Under the pieces are notes generated by a model that was not told the DNA's origin, did no database searches, and saw only the letters and a list, made by a program, of their open reading frames with translations. The translations under genes were made by a program, and so were the position numbers. Source: an uncultured Gemmatimonadales bacterium (GTDB lineage Bacteria; Gemmatimonadota; Gemmatimonadetes; Longimicrobiales; Gaopeijiaceae). From it: 64,000 bases of DNA. The stretch lies in assembly GCA_963809895.1 (NCBI GenBank), contig CAWELD010000003.1:1568001-1632000 (forward strand), in the 5' to 3' direction. Position 1 is the first letter of the stretch, and each line of letters starts with the position of its first letter. This document shows positions 1 through 8,704 of this stretch, piece after piece.

Positions 1-1012
1 GCTCAACCATGAGCGTTCCGCCGGATATCACTGCGAGCGACCGGACCTTTGGGCGGTACGCAGGCACAGGGAGCTTCAGCACCGCCGGGACAATGACGTC
101 GGTAAGTGGGCACCCCGAGGTAGCGGAGCGAAACTGTTCACACCTCTTCCTCTCGCGCTCAACGTATTCATCGATCAATTGGGGAGTGACGGGTAAAGGG
201 GGAGCATCCACCCTCAGAAGTCTCTCCAAGTTGCCCTTGGCGCTTCGCACGGCAATCTCGTAGCCACCGCCTCGACTGATGAAGACTCTGGCCTCATCGT
301 CAAGCGTTGCCACGGGCGGGGATGAGAGAAGAGGGCCTACCACGTAACCGTGAACGACTCGAGCGTCATGACCGTACGCAAATAGCTCACGGACGAGCGT
401 GGTGGCAGGCTGCGCGGGATCTACCCGATGAAGCTCTATCACGCCGCCAAGACCACTCATGTCCAATGCGGCAACGGTGGCGAACCAACCGTCCTGTGTC
501 GCGTACACACGGACGAGATACCTTGGACCACCCGATCCGAACGGAACTCCCACGCTCCCAAGGTAGGTTCCTCGCGATGAATAGAAATGGGCGCCGCGCG
601 AGTCGACGACTGCGACCGTGTCCCGGTGTACCGCCAAGCTTACCGGTCCATCAAATTCTCCCGGTCCCATGCCCCTCCTCCCCCATCCCGTGAGGAATTC
701 TCCATCACGACTGAATACATAAACTCGGGCATCGAGCCCGTCCAAGACAAAGACCCTTCCGGTCCGCGGCGCGACTTGAACATCCGTGATGGAGCCGAAG
801 TAACCCTGTCTCGCATCGTCTCGGAACGAATCAACACTCGCACTCACCGTCAACACAGGGAACGTCTCGGGTTCGGCATGCCATTCGCTGATCCGCACCC
901 CACCGCTATCGACGACCGTGGCCTTGGCCGAACGCCCCAAAGGCCTACTGCAGGCGGTCAACGCGGAGGACGCCACCAGGCAGCAGGTAAGCGACAATCG
1001 GGTGGCTAACAT
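1..1012 (-). CDS. 6-bladed beta-propeller/NHL-type lipoprotein (3' end runs off the window)
   Basis: Not in the ORF track; translated by hand. Stop-free frame from ATG at 1012: MLATRLSLTCCLVASSALTAC (lipobox), then YVFSRDGEFLTGWGRRGMGPGEFDGPVSLAVHRDTVAVVD (GxGPGEF propeller motif). Confidence 0.8.
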   Translation of the reverse strand, partial: MLATRLSLTCCLVASSALTACSRPLGRSAKATVVDSGGVRISEWHAEPETFPVLTVSASVDSFRDDARQGYFGSITDVQVAPRTGRVFVLDGLDARVYVFSRDGEFLTGWGRRGMGPGEFDGPVSLAVHRDTVAVVDSRGAHFYSSRGTYLGSVGVPFGSGGPRYLVRVYATQDGWFATVAALDMSGLGGVIELHRVDPAQPATTLVRELFAYGHDARVVHGYVVGPLLSSPPVATLDDEARVFISRGGGYEIAVRSAKGNLERLLRVDAPPLPVTPQLIDEYVERERKRCEQFRSATSGCPLTDVIVPAVLKLPVPAYRPKVRSLAVISGGTLMVE

Positions 1013-1050
1013 CAGGGATGCACCAAGAGACGGTGATTCGAAATGGGCGA

Positions 1051-1085
1051 TGAGGCCCCCTCGCCACATTGGGCAGGGGGCCTCA
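1051..1085. terminator. Inverted repeat / possible terminator
   Basis: TGAGGCCCCCT-N13-AGGGGGCCTCA, an 11-bp stem just downstream of the 1122..1595 gene; no clear U-tract. Confidence 0.45.
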
Positions 1086-1121
1086 AACGCAGGACCTCAT
1101 CTGGAACGGTCTCCTGCTAGG

Positions 1122-1595
1122 TCAGTCGAAGCGTTCGGCTGTAGTTCGCATGCGCTGAACGCTCTTGGTTATGATGGCCGGTGAGAGCGACAGGCTTGCC
1201 ACAACGGCGGAACGATCACAGGACAACAATTGCAGCGCGTGCCGCTCCTCGTTCACGGAAATCCAAGGTCCCAAGCGCGGGATCAACGCGACGAGTTCTT
1301 GAGTATCTCCAATCTCCGCTGCGTGCTGAGCCGCGCGATAAGCGACACCAAGGACGAAATCGTCTTGGGCGGGATTGCACGGCTGATAGTGGATAGGAAA
1401 CTCCCCGACGTCCGGCTCGCAACTGTCATGAGGGTACTCCAGCGCCCCCGAGGGGATCAGCGGAGCCCAATGGTAGCCAGAGCCACAACCATCCGCCACC
1501 TTGTTTGTGCAGAATGATCCTTGAGCGGACAGAGTCGCTGGCACGAACACGAGAACGAATGCTCCAAACCGCGATAGCCATGGACATACTCGCAT
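1122..1595 (-). CDS. Small secreted Cys/His-rich hypothetical protein
   Basis: AGGAGG RBS, signal peptide ending ...PATLSA/QG, several Cys and His in the mature N-half. Confidence 0.7.
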   Translation of the reverse strand: MRVCPWLSRFGAFVLVFVPATLSAQGSFCTNKVADGCGSGYHWAPLIPSGALEYPHDSCEPDVGEFPIHYQPCNPAQDDFVLGVAYRAAQHAAEIGDTQELVALIPRLGPWISVNEERHALQLLSCDRSAVVASLSLSPAIITKSVQRMRTTAERFD

Positions 1596-1634
1596 GGCGT
1601 CCTCCTTTAGAAAGGGATGAAAAAGGACGAGGCC

Positions 1635-2879
1635 CTACCCTCTTCTGTTAGTTGTTCCCATTTGCGCTGGCTGAGTCGAGAAGCGAAGAATGTACACTGA
1701 CCAGTTGCCGTCGTCGTCGGTGGAGCTGATTGCCACGGTACCGTTCTCCAGCACCTGGCATGGCACCCCGTGGAGTTCTATTGAGTCCACAAGCCGGTGC
1801 GACTTCCGATCAAACACCTCCACAATCGACCGATACGTCACGTCAGCAAAAGACCCGCCGGACCCGGACTCGTCCACGCGTTTCGTCAACAAGGTCCAGA
1901 CTTCTCGTTCGTTGACTAGAACGCCATTGAGAAATGCGGGCGATGGCTCATCCGGGGCCCTCGCAGCCGGAAACCACTCGGGGTGCCGCACGAGCGAGTC
2001 GAGGGGAGTGCCGATCGAATCCAAGACGTGGATTGTATAGTCCAAGGCTCTTGCCGACCATATCAGTCCTGACGTCACCCAGAATCGCCTTCGCGCTTCT
2101 TCGGGGTTTTCATTGAAGTTGAGATCGCTATCGCCGTCCGTCAGAGACCGGATGACCTTAGCGGATGGGCCGCTTAGATCAACGATATGGATCGGCAGAC
2201 CTGCGGCTTCAGGCGTGAAGATCGATGCACCCATTACGACGCGACGGGGCCAGTCGAGAGCCGCTACCTGTCCTTTGAACCCGGGCACACCATCGATCGT
2301 TCGTACAACATCGAGTTCTGGGCCAACAATCGTGATCTTTGGTGAGGCAGCGTCCACTACCACGATGGAATCGGCGATTGGAAGGCTCCAAACGGGCCGA
2401 ACAAATGTAGGGCCAGCCCCATTGCCTGACCTCACATGCCCGAATGGCCTTGCCCCGGTGCCATCGGCCCAAGTTACGATGGGAGCTTGGCCCGGGGCGA
2501 TCAACCAGTAGCGCCCATTCGAATCCCGATTCACCGAAATCGGAGGCGACGGAAGGCGCTTCAGAAGCTCGCTATCAGCGAGGACGGCGATCGTGTCGAC
2601 CGAGATCACGACCTCGTCCAACGATTGCGCTCGAATGGCATGCGGGCCCAACGTCACCCCCAGGGCCAAGACCGCAGCCGCCGCCAGACCACTGCCTCGG
2701 GCACCCTGACCCGTGGAACCACCTCCGCCCAGGAGCCTCTGGCCTTGCTGGTGAGTGATCCCATTCGAGACGTCAGGTCCCAAGGCGGCATTCGGGGTAC
2801 GAATCATTGCATCGGCCTGTGAGGAAACAAGAGAGGCTCGACCATAAGTACTTATACGCCCTGGCTTGCGATAAAGCAA
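1635..2879 (-). CDS. Secreted beta-propeller-like hypothetical protein (true start probably downstream of 2879)
   Basis: Hydrophobic signal-like segment (LAAAAVLALGVTLG..IRAQ), degenerate GxGxG..F motif followed by DSIVVVD, and repeated beta-strand pattern. Confidence 0.6.
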   Translation of the reverse strand: MLYRKPGRISTYGRASLVSSQADAMIRTPNAALGPDVSNGITHQQGQRLLGGGGSTGQGARGSGLAAAAVLALGVTLGPHAIRAQSLDEVVISVDTIAVLADSELLKRLPSPPISVNRDSNGRYWLIAPGQAPIVTWADGTGARPFGHVRSGNGAGPTFVRPVWSLPIADSIVVVDAASPKITIVGPELDVVRTIDGVPGFKGQVAALDWPRRVVMGASIFTPEAAGLPIHIVDLSGPSAKVIRSLTDGDSDLNFNENPEEARRRFWVTSGLIWSARALDYTIHVLDSIGTPLDSLVRHPEWFPAARAPDEPSPAFLNGVLVNEREVWTLLTKRVDESGSGGSFADVTYRSIVEVFDRKSHRLVDSIELHGVPCQVLENGTVAISSTDDDGNWSVYILRFSTQPAQMGTTNRRG

Positions 2880-3059
2880 GCATCCGCGCCATGCTACGGA
2901 ACCTAGGCCGCCCTAGAGGCCGAATGTGACGCGGTATTCTGCTGGCCGCGCGCCTTGGCGCGGAGGCCGCCATTGAGCGCGGTGGTTCGGCTGACGTGCC
3001 GGTGGCTCGATCCCCGAGCGGTTTGTAAGATTGGAATAGCCGAGCCGACCAGAGCTCGC

Positions 3060-3227
3060 ATGTCACAGACCACTTCGAAAGGCAGGATTCTCGGTGCAGT
3101 CCGTGGGCTCCCCGAAAACGCCACGGTGGCCGAGGCAAGGAAGCGTCGTTCTTACTGACTCACGAGGTTCGAATTGGGTCTTCATCAGGCTGAAGCCGGA
3201 AGAGCGGTAGGATGGATTGGCCGCTGA
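3060..3227 (+). pseudogene. Degenerate antitoxin-like gene with an internal stop
   Basis: Reads MSQTTSKGRILGAVRGLPENATVAEARKRRSY*LTRFELGLHQAEAGRAV through TGA 3156-3158, resembling small 'LPEDAT..IERGL.QAEAG' addiction-module antitoxins. Confidence 0.5.
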
Positions 3228-4462
3228 TGACACTCCAGGGACGCAATTGGTCTTGCTGGTTCGGCGCCACCTGTGTGGTGGTTGCCGTCTTCGGGGTGGC
3301 CTCACCGGCCCGGGCCCAGGTCGTCACAGGCCATGTCCGCTCTTCCGAGTCGGGAACACCGATCCCGATGGCCCTGGTGACCCTCGTCGACGACGAGGGT
3401 GTGGAATGGCGTAGAGTCCTCACCGAGGCAAGTGGTCGGTTTTCCGTCCCGGCGCCTTCTGAACGCCAATGGACCGTCGTCGTTGAGGCCTTGGGCTTCG
3501 AGACGTACCGAGACACCGTCTCGGCGGGCGACTGGGAGGCGGGACCGCTGGACCTGCTCCTGGCTCCGCGGCCCATCGGCCTACCGGGGCTGGAGGTGGG
3601 GGTCAAGCGGCGTTGCGGGGAACGGTCGGGAGCTCCAGGCGTGATCGACGCATGGTCATACGCTCGTGGGCTGTTCAGCAGCTATTTCGAGCCAACGCAG
3701 GCGCGCCAGTACCGTCTCCGTTATGAACTCACGGTAGCCCGCGTCCTACCCAGGGAAGGAGGCTACAAGCAAGACCCGATCGTGGAATCCGTCGACACCG
3801 CCTGGCTCACAGAGTCCATTCCGGTCCAGGATCGTGACGCGGCCGAATTGGCCGAGGACGGCTTCATCGTCCCCGTGGTGCCAGGCCTCGATATGACCTA
3901 CGATTACGCCTACTATCTACCGGATCCGGGCGTCTTGCTGTCCAGCGAGTTTCTGGAGACCCACTGCTTCTTCCTGCGGCCCGAGTCCGACGGCGGCGAT
4001 TGGATCGGGTTGGGCTTCGAACCCGACCGGGTGTCGGATCTAGAGTATGACGTCGAGGGCACGCTTTGGATGCCGACGCGTGCGGGCGGGTTCCCTCGCA
4101 TCGAGTTTCGACACACGCACTACCCCCGCGAAAGTGAACTGTGGTTCTACGGGGGTCCTCGACAGGCCGCCAATTGGGGCTTCCAGCTCGATGCCCTTGG
4201 AGACAGAGTGGGCGGTTCGATGTCTCTGAGCCTCGTGCCGGACATCGGGTGGGTCGTGCACGAGTTGGAACTCCGCGTGCCCTACGTAAGGCGCCATCAA
4301 GCACCCGTTGCCGGCTCGGATTTCCGCCCGTACCTGAGACGTGGTGAGAACATCCGCAATCTCGAAGGGTGCTGTGGCCTCACCTTTCCGGCGCATTGGT
4401 ACCTTCACCACGTCGAGCTTCGGAGGTTCGTGTTGTTGTCCGCCCAAACAGGCGGTGGGTGA
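3212..4462 (+). CDS. Secreted protein with N-terminal carboxypeptidase-regulatory-like domain
   Basis: Signal peptide ...PARAQ, then VTGHVRSSESGTPIPMALVTL..TEASGRF..EALGF pattern. Confidence 0.75.
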   Translation: MDWPLMTLQGRNWSCWFGATCVVVAVFGVASPARAQVVTGHVRSSESGTPIPMALVTLVDDEGVEWRRVLTEASGRFSVPAPSERQWTVVVEALGFETYRDTVSAGDWEAGPLDLLLAPRPIGLPGLEVGVKRRCGERSGAPGVIDAWSYARGLFSSYFEPTQARQYRLRYELTVARVLPREGGYKQDPIVESVDTAWLTESIPVQDRDAAELAEDGFIVPVVPGLDMTYDYAYYLPDPGVLLSSEFLETHCFFLRPESDGGDWIGLGFEPDRVSDLEYDVEGTLWMPTRAGGFPRIEFRHTHYPRESELWFYGGPRQAANWGFQLDALGDRVGGSMSLSLVPDIGWVVHELELRVPYVRRHQAPVAGSDFRPYLRRGENIRNLEGCCGLTFPAHWYLHHVELRRFVLLSAQTGGG

Positions 4463-4688
4463 ACATCGTGAGCATCAGCGCGCACAGGCGGCGACGGACC
4501 TCATCGACTCCAGATCAGTGACATATGCAAGATTCAAGTTTCAATGGCGAATCGCCCGGCTTTAACCGCCTTTGACTGCTGGTTGAGGCTCTGGTGCGAG
4601 CACTCATGGCGACCGTTCTAGCTGGGCTTCCGCTCTCGATCGAACCCGAGCCCAACGCGGTCCGAACGTGCGGGCGGGGCGCGTCGCC

Positions 4689-4712
4689 CCTGTGCACAAA
4701 CCTGTGCACAAA
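4689..4712. repeat. Tandem 12-bp direct repeat CCTGTGCACAAA x2
   Basis: Exact repeat about 100 bp inside the tRNA-Val breakpoint; candidate integrase arm sites or DnaA-box-like TTGTGCACA pair. Confidence 0.7.
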
Positions 4713-4816
4713 CGAAGCCCCGAACCCCGTGAATCGCCGTCGCAGGCGTCCACGAGATCCGGGGCTCATGCCGCATTCCTACGCGACATCCGGGAAATCA
4801 GCCCAAAGGCCGGTGA

Positions 4817-4859
4817 GCTTGTAAGGCAGGCGCTCTAAACCAGGCTGAGCTAAGCGCCC
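4817..4859 (-). pseudogene. 5' half of tRNA-Val(TAC), truncated just after the anticodon loop (probable att site)
   Basis: Minus strand GGGCGCTTAGCTCAGCCTGGTTTAGAGCGCCTGCCTTACAAGC gives the acceptor 5' strand, D-arm and anticodon TAC; no TTCGA T-loop or acceptor 3' strand follows. Confidence 0.85.
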
Positions 4860-5101
4860 TCGGGGTCGTGCCGCACGCGAGTCTGCATCGACCGACGCCG
4901 GAAGCTAGCGGCGCGGCCCGGGACGTGTACACCTCCCGAAACCCGCACCCCTCGCGGCCCGTCGTGCACGGGTATGAACACCCGCTGCACCATCGGACTC
5001 TCGACGCCCCGCCCGCCACGCCCCATCTTTGAGGCCCCGCGACCCTTCGGCCTCCATGTCGGCCCCCCCAACACCACGGCCCCGAGTGGCCCAACGGGGA
5101 T

Positions 5102-5785
5102 ATGACTCGAACACTCATTCTCGGCTCGCTCCTGGGCCTCTTCTCCGGTGCCGTGCCCGGCCCCTTCACCGCCATGATCGCGGTGACGGCGCTGCGCCAC
5201 GGGTTCTGGGCGGGCTTCCGCGTCGCCGTCATCCCCCTGGCGTCGGAGACGGCGGTGATGGCGCTGACGGCGCTCCTGCTGTCCCAGCTCCCCGGGCAGG
5301 CACTCCGCTGGATGGGCATCGTCGGCGGCGTGTTCGTCTTCTTCCTGGCCATGCGCACCTTCAAGGAGTCGCGGGAGAGCCCCCACGAGGAACCGGAGGT
5401 GAGCTCCGGCCGCCGCACCCTGGAGAGCATGCTCCTGGCCGTGTTGTCGCCAGCGCCCTGGGTCTTCTGGCTCCTGGTGGGCTCACCGCTCTTCCTGGGC
5501 GCCTACCATCAGGGTTGGGGCCACGCCGCGGCCTTCCTGGGCTCGTTCCTGGGGGTCTTCGTGGGGATCTACGTGGGCGTGGCGCGCGCCGCCTCGTTCG
5601 GGCACAAGCGCCTGCCGGAGCACTGGTACCGACGGATCATGGTGGGGGCCGCGGTGGGCTTGTTCCTGGCCGGGGTGGTGCTGGTCTGGCAGTCGTGGGT
5701 GGGCAACTTCCACCGCATGGTCACGGGCTCCCAGAGCATCCGGGACATCGTCCAGGACACGCTCCGGATCCACGGATCCCGGTAG
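5102..5785 (+). CDS. LysE family translocator
   Basis: N-terminal GxxPGP..GFWAG motif and ~6 hydrophobic helices. Confidence 0.8.
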   Translation: MTRTLILGSLLGLFSGAVPGPFTAMIAVTALRHGFWAGFRVAVIPLASETAVMALTALLLSQLPGQALRWMGIVGGVFVFFLAMRTFKESRESPHEEPEVSSGRRTLESMLLAVLSPAPWVFWLLVGSPLFLGAYHQGWGHAAAFLGSFLGVFVGIYVGVARAASFGHKRLPEHWYRRIMVGAAVGLFLAGVVLVWQSWVGNFHRMVTGSQSIRDIVQDTLRIHGSR

Positions 5786-5841
5786 GGACCCACCGGCGGC
5801 GGCCCATACCGACGAGGCGGGGTCGCGCCCGGCGCCTGCGT

Positions 5842-6015
5842 TCAGGAGCCGATGAGAATCGGAAGCGCCGCCAGACCGATGTAGGCCAGGAAGGCCACGA
5901 GCATCCAGCGCACGAAGATCCGCCCTCGCTGCACGTTGGCGGTGGCCCGATTGGAGGCCACAAGGAGCGCCACGCCCAGCGCGACGATGACGGCGAGCAG
6001 GATGGGCAGGCTCAT
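5842..6015 (-). CDS. 57-aa two-TM small membrane protein
   Basis: Below the ORF-track cutoff: MSLPILLAVIVALGVALLVASNRATANVQRGRIFVRWMLVAFLAYIGLAALPILIGS, with GAGGGG RBS and host-like codons. Confidence 0.65.
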   Translation of the reverse strand: MSLPILLAVIVALGVALLVASNRATANVQRGRIFVRWMLVAFLAYIGLAALPILIGS

Positions 6016-6029
6016 GGGCCGTCCCCTCG

Positions 6030-6230
6030 TCAGAGGATGATGGCCAGGGGCAGGAGCACCACGTAACCCAGCACCAGCAGGAGCGGCGCGGCCGTGATGG
6101 AGCCCTGGGCCAGCAACCAGTAGCCCAGGACCAAGGCCACGAGACCCGCCAACGCCATCGCCAGATTGACGCGGCTGAATCGGAGGGAGCCCACGTCTCC
6201 CTCGGCGGGGCTGGATCTACGCTTGGTCAT
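6030..6230 (-). CDS. Small membrane protein, DUF3098-like
   Basis: Two TM helices with N..L..GL..LVLGY..L..GS.TAAPLLLVLGY pattern. Confidence 0.65.
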   Translation of the reverse strand: MTKRRSSPAEGDVGSLRFSRVNLAMALAGLVALVLGYWLLAQGSITAAPLLLVLGYVVLLPLAIIL

Positions 6231-6293
6231 GGTGTCCAAGGCTACCGGGTCGGTGGCTTGCGATCAAGACGCCATCCCCCGCATCACGCCGCG

Positions 6294-7691
6294 TCACGAG
6301 CCCGGGACCTCCAACTCGAAGCGATCCACGTAGCGCTGAAGGCGCGATCGGGAGATCCCCAGCACCCGGGCGGCCTCGCTCTTGTTGCCCTCGGTGTGAT
6401 GGAGCACGTGCTGGACGTGCTCGGCCACGACGCGGTCCAGGCTGAGGTCTTCGCCCTCGGGTCCCGGTTTCCCCTGGCGAATGCCGCCGGTCCCTTCACT
6501 GGTCCCTCCGTCCATGCCCAGGTTCAGGTGCTCCGCCGTGATGGCAGTGCCCCGGGCCACGATGGCGGCCCGGGTGAGGGCATTCTCCATCTCGCGGACG
6601 TTGCCGGGCCAGGCATACCCTTTGAGCTGCTCCATGGCGGCGTCGGCGATGTGGCGCACGGCGCTCCCGGTCTCCCTGCGGATGCGCGCCAGGAGTGCGT
6701 CGGCCAGGAGCGGGATGTCGTCCCTGCGATCACGCAACGGCGGAACCTCGATCTCCACCACGCGCAGGCGGAAATAGAGATCCTCGCGAAAGCTGCCCTC
6801 CTCGACCAGCGCCTCCATGGGCTGGTGGGTGGCGGCGATGACGCGGGCATCCGTGTGCCTGGGAGCCTCGCCGCCCACCGGATAGTAGGTGCGTTCCTGA
6901 AGCACCCGCAGGAGCTTGGTCTGGAACTCCGGCGAGGTGTCACCGATCTCGTCCAGGAAGATGGTGCCGCTGCCGGCGAGCTCGAAGTAGCCCTTGCGCC
7001 CCTTCACCGCGCCCGTGAACGCGCCCTTCACGTGCCCGAAGAGCTCGGACTCCAGAAGGGTGTCGGTGAGCGCCGTGCAGTTCACGGCGATGAAGGGCTC
7101 CTCGGCGTGGGCCGAGTTGGCGTGGATGGCCCGGGCGACCATCTCCTTGCCGGTTCCGGTCTCGCCGCGCACCAGCACAGTGGCTCGGTTACGCGCCAGC
7201 ACGCCGATCATCTTGTAGATCTCGATCATGCGCGGATTGCGACCCACCACGTGCCCGCGATGCCCGGCCTCCGGCTCGTCGGTCTCCTCGACCTCGCCGT
7301 GCTCCTCCCGCACCTCGCGGTTGAGCTCCTGCTCCTCGAGGCATCGCTTCACGAGCTCGTCCAGCTCGCTGAGCTTCACCGGCTTGACCAGGTAGTCGAA
7401 GGCTCCGGCCTTCATGGCCGACACGGCGGTGTCCATGTCCTCGTGGGCCGTCATGACCATGACGTCGATGGTCGGACGGGTCTCCATGATCTTCTCCAGG
7501 AGCTCCAGTCCGCTGAGGCCGCCCATGCGGAGGTCGGTGACGATGACGGCGGGCTCGAAGCTCGCCACCTTGCCCAGCGCGGCCTCGGCCGACTCCACGG
7601 TCTGGACCTCGTGTCCGCTGTGGCGCAGCTTCTCGGCCAACGCCTCGCGGATGCCTTCCTCGTCGTCGACGATGAGAATACGAGCGCTCAT
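6294..7691 (-). CDS. Sigma54-dependent response regulator (NtrC/AtoC family)
   Basis: Receiver (ILIVDD, TDLRM, KP), AAA+ GETGTGKE, ESELFGHVKGAFTGA, WPGNVRE, Fis-type HTH. Confidence 0.95.
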   Translation of the reverse strand: MSARILIVDDEEGIREALAEKLRHSGHEVQTVESAEAALGKVASFEPAVIVTDLRMGGLSGLELLEKIMETRPTIDVMVMTAHEDMDTAVSAMKAGAFDYLVKPVKLSELDELVKRCLEEQELNREVREEHGEVEETDEPEAGHRGHVVGRNPRMIEIYKMIGVLARNRATVLVRGETGTGKEMVARAIHANSAHAEEPFIAVNCTALTDTLLESELFGHVKGAFTGAVKGRKGYFELAGSGTIFLDEIGDTSPEFQTKLLRVLQERTYYPVGGEAPRHTDARVIAATHQPMEALVEEGSFREDLYFRLRVVEIEVPPLRDRRDDIPLLADALLARIRRETGSAVRHIADAAMEQLKGYAWPGNVREMENALTRAAIVARGTAITAEHLNLGMDGGTSEGTGGIRQGKPGPEGEDLSLDRVVAEHVQHVLHHTEGNKSEAARVLGISRSRLQRYVDRFELEVPGS

Positions 7692-8704
7692 GTGCTCCCT
7701 TGTCGGTCTTCGTTGTCTTGGTCGGATGCTTCGGTTCCGGTGCCCGGCCCGTCGGCCGACTCCCCCATCCAATAGGCCGGAGAATCGGGAGGCTCGTCGG
7801 CGCGCAGTCGGGCCAGGTGCTCCCGATCACGGCGGCGGCGGACCCGGAAGAGCAGGAGCGCCATGACGGCCAACCCGGCCCAGGCCAGCGCCGAGTGCGT
7901 GAACACGTACACCCAGCCGTAGCGGCGGCGCACGAACGCCCGCCAATCCTCTTCGAACTGCGCGGAGCTCACCCCGTACACGCGCCGCAGGGCGGTCTCG
8001 AAATTCCGCTCGTCACGCCAGACGTCCAGGAAGACGCGCAGCCCTCGCTCGCCGCTGGAGTCCACAAGATACTCGACTGCGGTCGCGCCGAGGAGGTAGG
8101 CCCCTTCCGCCGACGATCGATCCCCGGGCCAGCGGAGGTCCAGGGAATCCAGCGGTGGCGTGCGCCCCAACGCCATGAGCACCCGGAGACGCCAGGCCGA
8201 CAGCCGATCCCACCCGGCGGCCCATTGGGCGTAGCCCTCGTCGAACCACCGGGGCACGCGTAGTCCGGGCAGGGCCTGATGCAACCCCACGTGGGCCCAC
8301 TCGTGCCTCAGGATCCGCCACAGCGGCTGTCCACGCGCCCGCTTCGAGGCCACGGCGGGGATCACGATCCGGTTCAGCCCGGGCAGGGCCACGGCGGCGC
8401 TCCAATCGGGGGGATGTCCGCCCGCCGCCCGGCGGAAGGTCTCCTCGTCCGACGCCAGGATGACCGTCACCCCCCGCGGAAGGTCCGGCGACAGCGCGGG
8501 CAGGGGCGTCTGCCCCTCAAGCGCCGCCAGCACGGCCTCGGCCCGGAGGGAGTCGGTCGGGTTGAAGAAGACCTGAACGCCGTTTCCCTCCAACACCCTG
8601 GAAGGCATCCAGCGGCGCTGGGCCGCCGCCGGGTCCGGCCCCGGACCACACAGGAAGAGCAGGACGGCGATCAGCGCCGCGCCAGGCCACGACCTGGACA
8701 TCAC
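7688..8704 (-). CDS. Peptidase MA-like gluzincin, signal peptide plus C-terminal TM anchor
   Basis: HEWAH followed by PRWFDEGYAQW. Confidence 0.8.
   Translation of the reverse strand: MMSRSWPGAALIAVLLFLCGPGPDPAAAQRRWMPSRVLEGNGVQVFFNPTDSLRAEAVLAALEGQTPLPALSPDLPRGVTVILASDEETFRRAAGGHPPDWSAAVALPGLNRIVIPAVASKRARGQPLWRILRHEWAHVGLHQALPGLRVPRWFDEGYAQWAAGWDRLSAWRLRVLMALGRTPPLDSLDLRWPGDRSSAEGAYLLGATAVEYLVDSSGERGLRVFLDVWRDERNFETALRRVYGVSSAQFEEDWRAFVRRRYGWVYVFTHSALAWAGLAVMALLLFRVRRRRDREHLARLRADEPPDSPAYWMGESADGPGTGTEASDQDNEDRQGST

Noticed and set aside
4463..4816. Intron-containing tRNA-Val or an integrase remnant
   Set aside because: No 3' exon or group I core is recognisable in the window, and the integrase-like similarity is too weak.
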